A stretch of DNA of 55,595 nucleotides from the NCBI GenBank assembly GCA_963575745.1, contig CAUYUJ010000150.1, positions 62,001-117,595 on the forward strand, given 5' to 3'. The number at the start of each line of letters is the position of its first letter. Within the stretch, counting starts at the first letter, position 1. Below are positions 31,285 through 41,600 of the stretch, one piece after another. Under the pieces are notes generated by a model. It was not told the origin of the DNA. It did not search any database and worked only from the letters and a program-made list of their open reading frames with translations. The DNA is from Prorocentrum cordatum (taxonomy: Eukaryota). Both the position numbers and the translations under genes were made by a program.

Positions 31285-32646
31285 ATGGTCAGTACCGAGG
31301 ACATAAAGCGCGACATTTCAGATGTTTCGGACTTGTTGGCGAAACGCCCCGACAGCGAGGACCTGCATAACAACTTGTCTGCGTCTCTGCGCACTCGCAT
31401 ACAATCGCTGTCAACGCGTTCAGCGCCAGATGCTCTCGTCCTCGCCGAGTTGATTGAAGAGAAGTGCACGGTATGCTCCGCGAGGCGTGCAGCGCGGGCG
31501 GCAGTCGACGCCAAGGTCGCCAACATCGCTACAGCGGCCCCAAGTAGCATCACCGATGCTGGGGATCATACGCTTGCTCACTTATACAACTGCCTAACGG
31601 GCAAGGATTGGATGGCCCTGGAGGGCCACAGAGCGTCGGAGACCAGGAGCACGGCCATCCTTACAACACGGGCACAACAAACATTGGCCTAGCTACCAGA
31701 GCATATACAACAGCTTCCGCGACTTGGCGGGCCACGCGAAATACACGGCGCCCCCATTCACGAACTCAAAGCTCACGACGCATCGCGAGTTTCACGAGGA
31801 TTTGCCCGCATCTTTGTTCAAGGCTGCTTATGATGATGACCACCCGCCCGTCGAGAAGTTCATCGAAGTGCATGCGTTCCCGGGCAAGCGCGCCCCGTTG
31901 CGCGACAACGACTGATTGCTCCAGAGTAGCGGGCTGGCAACTGGCAGCCGCCTGGCTGGGCTCCGATTCAGAAGGAGCGGCGCTGCGGCTGGCGCTCGTC
32001 CTGGGGCCGGCGCTCCAAGGACGACAACTCTGACTTGACTAAGCTGGCCGCTCAGATCCACGGTTTGCACGCTGCAGGGCAAGCAAGTGCTAGCTTTGCT
32101 CACGCGCCAGCCGCGTCGTTCAAGCCAGGCAAGAGAAGCGCTGCAGGTGCGGCCCCAGCCGCAGATGCAGCTCACGCTGGTGAGCCCAAGGCCACAGTAC
32201 GTCCACCCGGCGACGGTGTAGCAGCTCCTGCTGATGGTGACGCAGCTCTTGCGGCGGGCGACGCGGCGCCCGGCGCAGCGTCGGCTGCCGATGGCGTCGC
32301 GCAGGAGGATTGCGAGAAGCAGGCGTTCGACGCCTCGGCGAAGAAGGGCGCCCGTGCAATGAAGAAGCGGCGCGCTGCTGCAACGGATGTTGCAAAGAAG
32401 CCATCGGCGGCCGCTCCCGCCCTGAAGAAGCCCGCCGCGTCGACGGCGTCCAAGGGCGATCTTTTCAATATAGTTTTTGAACCAAGTGGCCGCCAATGCG
32501 CGCAGAATGCGTTCGCCTCCAGGTGGCGCGGAAGGGCGCCCGCGTGGGCCAAGGCGAACGACCGCGCCGAGAAGCAGGCGCTCGTCTTTGCAAAGGATGC
32601 ATACAGGTCAGCAAGCGAGATGTGGAGGGGCAAGAAGAACGCTTGA
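31285..32646 (+). pseudogene. Disrupted hypothetical protein with a basic KKP(S/A)A-repeat C-terminus
   Basis: Three collinear pieces: MVSTEDIKRDISDV...HLYNCLTGKDW; EDLPASLFKAAYDDDHPP...APLRDND*; and ...KKPSAAAPALKKPAAS...AKDAYRSASEMWRGKKNA*, broken by stops and frameshifts. Confidence 0.5.
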
Positions 32647-33562
32647 GACATGTTGCGCAGCAGCGCTGATTGGATGCATGAGCTGACGGGTCTCTAATGC
32701 ACTATATGCGTATAGTGTGTGTCATTGCTCGCATCTTGTGCCTTCGGAGCTTTGCGAGTCCTTCGCCGCTAGCGCGCCTCTGACAACAATGTCTCGCGTG
32801 CCATTCGCCTCGCCTGCGCACTTTGGCGCGTTTTTCCGCACGTACATGTCGGCATTTGCGCGTGCAGCGCACGTTCCGCCCATCGCTGCAGCAGCCCCTG
32901 CAATTTCGACCGCGGCGCATCCTTCGGACTTTGCAGCTGCGGCTGCAATGTTGCATGTCTGCTTACATGCCGTGGTCGACCATGGTCGCGCGCTCAGGGG
33001 ATGCGATCGGTGGAGGGGGCCCGTTCTAAGAAAGGGGGATGCATGGGGGGGGGGGGCAATGGATCATGCGTAGGGAAGCATCAGGGCGAGGTGAGTTCGG
33101 GGAGGGGCGGGCGAATTCACAGTCGATGCAGTAATTACTGCATGTGCAGTTGAGGCAGCATTCATGCGCCCTCTGTAACAATGATTGCAGTTTTGACTGC
33201 ACGGGCGCACATCTTAAGCAGTCGCAGCTGTAGGGCCGCTCTGCATTCACAGATGCGTTCAAACACGCGCGCCCGATTGCAGAACGTGCGTTCAGATGCA
33301 CAGGTGATTGCGCCTGCTGTGCGCACGCTGTTGCCATGCAGTCCGCGATGTGTTCGATGAAGTGGTGTGTGCAGGTGGCTGCATTGACGAATGCACCCGT
33401 GGCGCAGGCATACTTTTCCCGAATGGGTGAGCCGCGTGCCTTTGAGGCCCCCCATATTTCTGCTGCAAAGGCGCGCGCTTCTATGCGCCAGCGTCGCTCC
33501 AACCCCCAAAGCCCCGCAGTTGCTGTGCATGGCTCGAGGGCGGGCTCGCGGTCGCGCTGGCC

Positions 33563-35730
33563 ATGGCGCTGAAACCCGATAAGTACGACAAGATAGGATC
33601 ATTGAGGAGAGAGTGTCCGCATGTATCTGCTGCTGCACTGGCTGCAATCTTGGACGAGGTCACGCGGGGGCCCTTCTCATCATCGCGGAAGGAGATCCGT
33701 GGCGCTAGAGATTCGTTTATACATCAAGCGACCCTTCGCGGCAGCTTGTTCGGTGAGAGCATCTTTCTGCCGATGATTCCGAGAAGGTGTTTCCTGTTGC
33801 CAATATTCTTGCATTGTTGTACGTGGCGCACGCCCAATGCAGCACCTGGGGGGCCCTCAGTCAAAACGCACCGGTGGCGGGGCCGTGCTCTTTCGAGCGA
33901 CCGTGGTCGTTGATATCTTACTCTGGCGAAGGAACGCCAGGCAATGACTTAGCTCCAGACAGTTCAAGGAAGATGTGGATGTTCTACGTATCGTTTCTAG
34001 TACTGGGGTCAGCAGTGTTGTCGCGAGCAGATGCGTGGTTCTGCGTAGGTGCCACGAGGTCAAAAGTGTATCCAATCTAGATGCAGGCGTCACGCAGGCA
34101 TTCAAAATGTTTACAAACGTCTCATTTTGCAGGTCGGATTGCTCGCTGCGAACAACGGGCGTTGCATCGGGGCCCGGCGTCAGGCTGCATTGCAAACATG
34201 GGGCGGATCTCCAGGGCGGCGGTGCCCAGAAGTTGGTTTGGCAGATTAAAGGAGGTGTTGGTGCCAAATGCTGCATGCTTTGCCGCAGTGCAATTGCGAT
34301 GGGCAGCTCCCTGGTCGACGGAGATGGGGCGACCCTTCTGAGAGCGGACGTCGCGCGCGGGCGCGATATCGACGTTGTGGCGAACGATGACATCAGGGGC
34401 AGCGCGCGGCGCCCGGCTGAGTTCCACGCGACGGACGCCAACGCCAATTTCAAGACCTGCAGGGGGGCCTGCACATTCTGAGGAGGGGGAATAACCTGGG
34501 ATGGGGAAGGGGAGGGATTGGAAGGGATTGGGAGGGGGATTGGAAGGATTTGTGGCTGAGCATGATGCGCGTTCGCCTTCTCCAGGATCCGCGCGCAAGC
34601 GTTCGGTTTCAAACGTAGATAGCGTGCAGAACATGCTGTTCGACACACATCTGCATCGCGTTATCTTACCTGTGGACCAGTATTGCCACGACCGCACGCG
34701 CGCATTCTTTATTCGGGGTGTTTGCAACATTTGGACGCATCTCTTTCTTGCAGGTTGTAAGAGTAATGCGTTGTCCAACGTATACTCATGCATCGCAATG
34801 CATCGGGATGTGGGCACTGCCCATAGCGCACGGCAGCGCTGGAAAATTGGCAACCTTTTTTTCCAGAAGGGCCGCGAGATTGCCAACGGCAAGGCGAAAT
34901 CGTTTAAGTGCCTGGCGAGTGAGCCATTGTCTTTGCTGCCGCTGATGCGTGCGTATGTGATGACGGTTATATGGCCTGCAGGGGTCGCGCGCGCGGAGTG
35001 CACCGCTTGCGTTCGGTTGCGTGATTTCGTGTGGCGCATCCAAGTTGCAACGTCATCCCGTGCGTCTGCTGGCGCACTCAGGGACAAGACGAACGCGTTT
35101 CTGGATGCTTGGGAAGCAGCAGGGTGGCAAGAGTACACGACGCCGAAGATCCGCTGGCCTGTCCATTTCCCAAGGCACCTGATCAAGTTCGGATGCCGTT
35201 TTGTCGTGCTTTGTACACGACAGGAAGCAAAGAGTGCCCAAGCGGTTCGGCAATGATATGCGCCAGCTGGAAGCTCCTGAGAGGAGCGTGCTGTCCGAGG
35301 TCACATGCCTGCATTTTGCAAATTCACCCCGCGCCAGCGCGTTCGACTTCTCGCCGCATTTGCGCGCCCTAGGGCTGCACCTAGGAAGATGCACGCCTTT
35401 CTCGAGGAGAAGCTCGGCCAGCGCTTCCCCTGGAACAGCGCGAACGCGGCTCTGAGAGCTCGGGCGTCAACGTTGTCGACACGTCAGTTCCGCGACATCG
35501 CGCTGCTTTCCGTTGCCAATGGTGGCAAGGCGTGTAGGGGAGGTTTGGTTTCGCGCTGCTGCGCGCGGAGCGACGGTGTCGGTTGGTTCAATCTGGGACA
35601 CCCCTCGCCACGATGATCGGCTCGGCGTGCTGGCCGCGGTCCCAACCGACGACGACTTGCAGCTGGTGCACACGACCGACATCGTCACTGCCATGGCGGG
35701 GCGTTTGTCAAGTTTCCAAACCACCACCAA
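33563..35730 (+). pseudogene. CACTA/EnSpm (CMC-superfamily, Plavaka-like) DDE transposase pseudogene
   Basis: Motifs appear in canonical order across frameshifts: PWSLISYSGEGTPGN...SRKMWMFYVSF (first catalytic D strand, D>G); LQGGGAQKLVWQIKGGVGAKCCMLC (D-x-x-A...G..CxxC); HDRTRAFFIRGV (D-x-M-H...GV); TPKIRWPVHFPRHLIKFG (PKxHxxxH...G); SCFVHDRKQRVPK (F-x-x-E-R). Catalytic residues are degenerate. Confidence 0.7.
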
Positions 35731-36892
35731 CTATACGGGCGTGCCCTCTGCAAGCAACTGTCCGCATTGCACGCGTGGAATTGTGAAAATGCATGGCGGA
35801 CATTTGCGATGGGCGGGGCGTCCGCGTGGCTGGTTGGAAAGGTTCGAGGACTTGCAAGGAGTGCAGGCGCCGTGGAGGCGGGTCAATCCTGATAGTGCCT
35901 CCCGTGTTCAAGTGGTGAGACATCGCGCGAGTTGCTACCTGCTTTCTTCTGCTCAGCAGCGCAAAAGACTTGCAGTCGAACGCATAGTGTCGCTCGCCTT
36001 GCGCCTCGCGCGTAGAGCATCATCAGTTCGGAAGCTAAAAATGCAGCGGCTGCACGTCAACACGCAAATGCTTGCAACTACTTGCGTTCAGTTAGCGCAA
36101 CTTATAAGTTTCCGAAACCACTTGCTAAGTCTGCGAATTCTTACAACTGCCCAAGATCACCACAGCATGGGGGGACTGGGGCCTCTGTGCAAAGATCATG
36201 TATGTCGGCCCGCGTGGGCGCCGGGGTAACCAACAGGGGTTTGAAACTTCTACATAACCAACGACAAACGTGACATTTACTTAAGTGGTTGTGATTTCGG
36301 CGTAACACTATGATCTTTGCCACCGAAAACCAACGAACCCTGGCAAAACAGGTTGATTTCGACCTACATGATTCTTTTCCCATGCATTTCATGAAAGTAG
36401 CGGGAAACTTTAAAAGTAAGTCCAAGGGCGCGCATCGGCAAGAAAACCTCGCATTCATTGCTCGCCGCGCTTGCAGCGGAACCAATTTCGGCAACCAACG
36501 TTTAAGAAACCTAAGCGCAGTGCAAAATCCAAACGTCACGCCGCGAAAAGACATTGGCAGTTCCGAGCGATCCGTAGGACAAAACACCATAGGTCGCCTC
36601 GAAACGCTCCGCGGGGGGCCTGAACACACTGGCGTGGCCAGAGTCGCGACCGCAAATCGGGAACACCAGTTGGACAAATCCGCTGCGCGATCAAATCCGA
36701 AGGTCGTGGCTGCCAACGATCCTTCGGAAAGTCGTGAGCGCATCAGCAGGGTTCGGGCACTTTCGCGTGCATCGCGGACAGCCGCGCCCATGGCGCCGCC
36801 GCCGCCGCGACCGCGCTCGCTCGCACCGCGGGCGGTCCGCGGGTAGCGCCATTAAGCGCCTCTGATGTCGCCGAAATGTTTCGGCTACGACG

Positions 36893-36914
36893 TCTGAGCC
36901 AAAATGGCAACGGA
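36893..36914 (-). other. Dinoflagellate spliced-leader relic (TCCGTTGCCATTTTGGCTCAGA)
   Basis: 19 of the first 20 nt match DinoSL DCCGTAGCCATTTTGGCTCAAG. A gccATGg start lies about 100 nt downstream at 36791. Confidence 0.85.
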
Positions 36915-37299
36915 TCCCCCCCCAAAAAAAAAGGAAAGAAGCCGAAAAACAAAAAAAGAGGGCGGGGGGGGAGGGGGGAGCAGCAGGGGCAGGCGGATGA
37001 GAAGAAGGAGAAATGAGAAGGGCGAGGGAACGACAGCGGCGCCGGGGACCAGGGGCGGCGGAGACGGGGCGGAACAGAAGGGAAGCAGCAGGCGAAGAGA
37101 CTCGCAAGCTCGGGCCCCCGCGCTGCCGTTGCGGCGCAAATGCCGCGGGGGGCTGGGGGCCCACCTGCTGTCCAAGGCCATGGAGGCCCAGCGACGCCCC
37201 CGCCCTTTCCTTCTTCTCTTCAGGCTGAGGCGCAGGAAACGAAGCAGAAGGGGGAGAGCAAGGAGAGTACGCGGGGAGCAGAGAAGAGCGAGGGGGTGA

Positions 37300-37620
37300 T
37301 TGAGGAAGCGAGAAGACAGCAACGAGAGCGCGGGAAGAGAGAAGAGAGAGAGAGAGAGAGGAAGAGAGGGAAGGAGGAAATGAGACACAGAGAGAGAGAG
37401 AGAGAAAAAAAAAGGGATGGAGGGGGAGAGAGAGGGAGGGAGAGGGAGAGAGAGAGAGAGAGAGGGAGACGGAGAGAGAGAGAGAGAGAGAGAGAAACAC
37501 AAAAAGTAGAGAGAGGGAGGGGGATGGGAGGGAGAAAGAGAGTGAGAGAGAGAGAGAGAGAAAGAAAAAGAGAGAGAGAGAGAGACAGACAGGCAGACAG
37601 ACAGTCAGAGACAGAGTGAG
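37300..37620. repeat. (GA)n / polypurine tract
   Basis: Directly visible. Confidence 0.9.
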
Positions 37621-38634
37621 CACAGGACCAGGCTCCGAGATCGCCATTTCATCGGATATCTGCCTGCTCGTTTCCCTCGGCAGGCCCTGCAACTTGCAAC
37701 GTGGCGCGGGCGAGTCTACCGAGCCAAAGGGGTCGGGGCTTGGGGGGATCTGTCCGTGCCCCCTCATCTATGTACCCCTCTCCCACCCACCCTACCCCCT
37801 TCCCCCTATGGGCCCTCCATCGGCCCAAATCTCGCCAACTCGAGAAGCGCGTGCACGTCTTCCGCCACTCCTCCGCATCATTCCAATTCCTTCTCTGTCC
37901 ACTCGTTCTGTGTCCCCCCACCCCCCCTGGCCCTGCCCTCCTCTGGCTCCTCTCCCCTTGGCCCGGCGACGCGCCCGTGAACGGCGTCGCGCCCTCGCCA
38001 GGCGTGCGCGACGGCCAAAATGGCCAAGCTGCTTGGCTACCCGCTGGAGCGGCCAGGCGACGGCGGGCGCGCGAAGCTGGGGAGGAGGTGGAAGGGCATT
38101 CGAATACGACGCAGAGGGCGAGGAAAAGGAAAAGAGCTGAGGGGGGGAACGAGGAGTGGAGTGAAGGGAGGAGGCAGGAACAGGAAACAAATCAAGTCTG
38201 AAGGAGGAGGAGGCCGAGGCAGAGGAGAAGACAGTGGAGGGGGTGAGCAGGAAGAGAAGCAAGGCGGAGAAGGAGGAAAGGGAGGATGGCAAGAGGATGC
38301 GAAGGTCAAGATGAGAACGAGACAGACGACCACTTGCGAGCCAATGTCCTTTGTCTGTGACGGATGGACGGATCAGTAGATCGTGTATTCCACTGCGGCC
38401 TAAGTGAGGAGGGCGACAACCCGTTCCTCACTTGTGCCGCGAGAGCGGAGGCTACGAGCTAGAGGGGTGAAGAGGAAAAGGAGAAGCGACGGGCAGGGCG
38501 GGCCGCCTCCTCAGTCCTCCATCCTACTCCTGTCTCCTCACTCCTGATTCCTCCACCTCCTTCATCCCCTCACCCCATCCATATTTAACTCCTCTCGCTC
38601 CTTCCATCCTCACCCCTCGCGCTGAGGCTCAAGC

Positions 38635-41600
38635 TCACGAGGGCCGCGACTTCTTCAGCGCCCAACCATCGAACTCGGAGAGCGCCATCTGCCGCTTGCC
38701 AGGCGGCGGCGGAGGCGCTGCGCCGCCGCTGTTGAAAACGTTCACCGTCACCCCAGCCGCCGCCGCCGGGACCGTCACGCTGACAAGGAGGTGCGGGCCC
38801 TGCACCTTGCCACTCCAGCTCCAAGCATCGTGGCGCCGGTAGAAGCTGACAGCCATGTCGGGCGGCAACTGGTTCTCGCGCAGACTCTCGCCGCCGAGGC
38901 CACTAGCGGTGCCCCACACCGTCCTTACCTTTACCTCGTCGAGCGGCGCCTCGGACACGTCGGAGGCTCCGTCCTTGATGTCTGGTGGCTGCTCGGCTGC
39001 TGAGGCAGAGCTGGCGGCTGCTCGGCTGGTGGCTGCTGGCTGGTGGCGCCCTGCTGGTGGCTGCTCGGCTGGTGAGCTGGTGGCTGCTCGGCTGGTAAAC
39101 TGGTGGCTGCTGAGCTGGTGGCTGCTCGGCTGCTCTGCTCGTGGCTGCTGAGCTGGTGGCTGCTCGGCTGCTGGGCTGGCGCCCGCACTGACCCTTTTGG
39201 GAAGCTGCCACTCCGCCCACTCGTACATCCCCATGATTCGCATCAACGGGCAGAGGGCCCTGCCCACGGACGACACCGCCATGCTGTTGCCAACAGCAGC
39301 GTGCACGGCGCCAGGCGGCAGGGTCGAGAGGAGGCTGTCGGGCCTGAAGCCCATGGCGGAGGCCTTCTCTCCCGCCGTGAGGTACCTCCCAGCCCCTGCT
39401 ACTCTGCCTGGAGCGCTGCCTACCACCCATAAGTACTCGTTCCGTGTTGTTAGACACGGAAGAGCGCCAGGCACCAAGATCGGGCCGTAGGTCTTCTTGG
39501 GATCGCGGGTGAGGTCCGCTACTGCAAGCTCGCACCCCGTCTTGTTCTTCAGTTCTGTGAAGAGCTCGTTGTAGGCCTGCGCAGGCCAAGTGTCCATTTC
39601 AACAATCAGAAAACTTCCTCCATGATCCCCCATCTCCGCCTCCCTCCTCTTCCTCGTCCCCCTCCTTCCTTATTTATGTATCCGCTCCACTTCCCGCCTC
39701 CGACCGCCTCCTCCTATGTCATCTTCCATCCGCTTTGCATCCAAGCTCCACTCCCCCCCCCTCCACATCCTAACCACCTACTGGCGCGCCTCGACGTTGG
39801 CGAGAAGGCCCGGCGCGGTTGGCAGCGGACCCGCCGCCAAGTCGCCCTTCACCTCCAGGATGTCAACCAAGCTGACTGGATCCTCAGGGCGCAACGGCCT
39901 CAGCCACGAGCCCTCGCGCTGCAGAACGGACGATGCCTCTGGAGCGCAGGAGGCCCTCTCCAAGATACTCTTGCGGATGCCAACGATGAAGACCCGGCTC
40001 CTGTGGCACAGCACGCAGTCCCCGATGGCGTCCACTTGGTGCCAGTTGACCTCGAAGTCCTCGCTCGGAAAGCAAGCGCAGGGAACGAGAGCAGGGGGGG
40101 ATGACGAGGAAGGGGGTGACCCCTCGGCGTTTTGGCGGGCCTTTGCACCACCCCCAAGGGGGGCAGGCAATGGCCGAGGAAAGGATGGAAACCCTGCAGG
40201 GCGCCACAGGCCTCAAAACGGAGGTGGAGAAAAACCTCACAACACTGGGCACATAATGTCCGACTCCCTTTCGGTCCGGCAACTTCTCAGAGAGCCAGGG
40301 TAAAAGCTCGGAGGTCAAGAATGAGGCCTTGCCGTGCTGGCGCCTCGCGATGCCCTGGACGTTCTCCAGGAGGAACCAGCGCAGGCGGTTGCCCGCCAGC
40401 CACTCCAAGAGCTCTTTCATCTTGCAATACACCTACGGCTTAAAGCAAACAAAAAAGGAGGAGAGAAGAGAAAGGAGCGGAGGAAGGAAGACTTGCAGGG
40501 AAGGAAGAGGGGGGGAGGAGGAGAAGGAGGAGGGTGAGGAAGAGGGAGGGGGAGGAGAAGGAGGAGGGGGGAGAAGGAGGAGGAGGAGGAGGAGGAGGAG
40601 GAGGAGGAGGAGGAGGAAGGGCGCCCCCCATCATCAGCTACAAGGCCCAGGCAATGACAACAAGGCCCCGCCACCTCAGCCCCTCGACTCGAGACGTCCA
40701 AGTCGGTCGCCGTTGTCGCCATCCATCTGTCGCGCCCTCGTCCCTCGTCCCCTTGTCAACCCTCTCCCCCCTCCTCTCGTCATCCGTTCGATCCACCACG
40801 ACATCCTCGCACTCTGTCTCCTCTAGCTTGCTACTCCAAACGAGGCCCAATGACCCCCGCCGAGCCCGCGCGGGGCCCTCCAAGACCCAGCGGTATCAAA
40901 GCCCCCCCACAGACGACCTGACAATCCTCAAGGCCCCCCTCCCCCGGCAACAGAGCACCTGGGCTCTCTCGTCCTCCATGCCAGCCTTCTTGCCCAAGAA
41001 GCTCCAGGGCGGGCATGGGAACCCGCAGACGAAACCCTCGCTGGGGACGAAACCCGCGGGCCGCCCTGCCGGCCCCTCCACCAGGCCGTTCCTGATCCTC
41101 AAGTTCAGGATGTCGCCAGCGACCTGGCGGCGCGGAGGGAGGAGCCCCGCCCCAGCGGCCAGAGGGAGGATCAGGGGGAGAGGGGGATGAGAAGGAGGTC
41201 GAGGAGAAGGTGGCGGAGGAAGTGCAGGAGGAGAGGGTGGGCGATGATGAGGAGGAGGAGGAGGATAGAGTAAGGGGCGAGCGAGGGACGGAGGGATCTC
41301 CACTCCACCCCCTTCCCTCCCTTCCAACCTCCCTCCTAGGAACGTCATCGATCCATTATCCTCCTCCTCCTTGCCCGCCGTCCTCTGACCCGAGTGAGGC
41401 CTCATGAGGTGTCTCCAGGATCCTCATCCATGGCGTCTGCAGGATCCTCACCCATGCGGTCTTCAGGAGACAATTCGTGACTAGCGGTGTCGAGCTCACT
41501 GGGCTCATCGTCGAGGTCGGTCCAGCTGGGCGGGCTGGGCGGTCCAGGTGGCGGTAGCACGAACCGCGGCACGACGTAAAGTGGGACGCAGTCCCAGTTA

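Larger units (their letters stand above)
21831..36237 (+). mobile_element. Putative ~14.4-kb decayed CACTA/EnSpm-like DNA transposon carrying several co-oriented cargo genes
   Basis: Contains a CACTA-type transposase pseudogene. The left end has GTTG(T/C)AAG repeats at 21848, 21881, 21903 and 21922; the right end has inverted copies at 36071 (cttgcaacta, the exact reverse complement of tagttgcaag at 21901) and 36140. An 8-bp inverted pair is CCTGTTGG 21831 / CCAACAGG 36230. No TSD was seen, so the boundaries are tentative. Confidence 0.5.

Noticed and set aside
36850..36914. Functional SL RNA gene
   Set aside because: The leader ends CAGA rather than CAAG, is not followed directly by a GT donor, and is not in a tandem SL or 5S array.
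38635..41123. Bacterial restriction-modification methylase or contaminant
   Set aside because: The gene is interrupted by spliceosomal-type introns, sits among eukaryotic repeats, and has no recognisable endonuclease partner.
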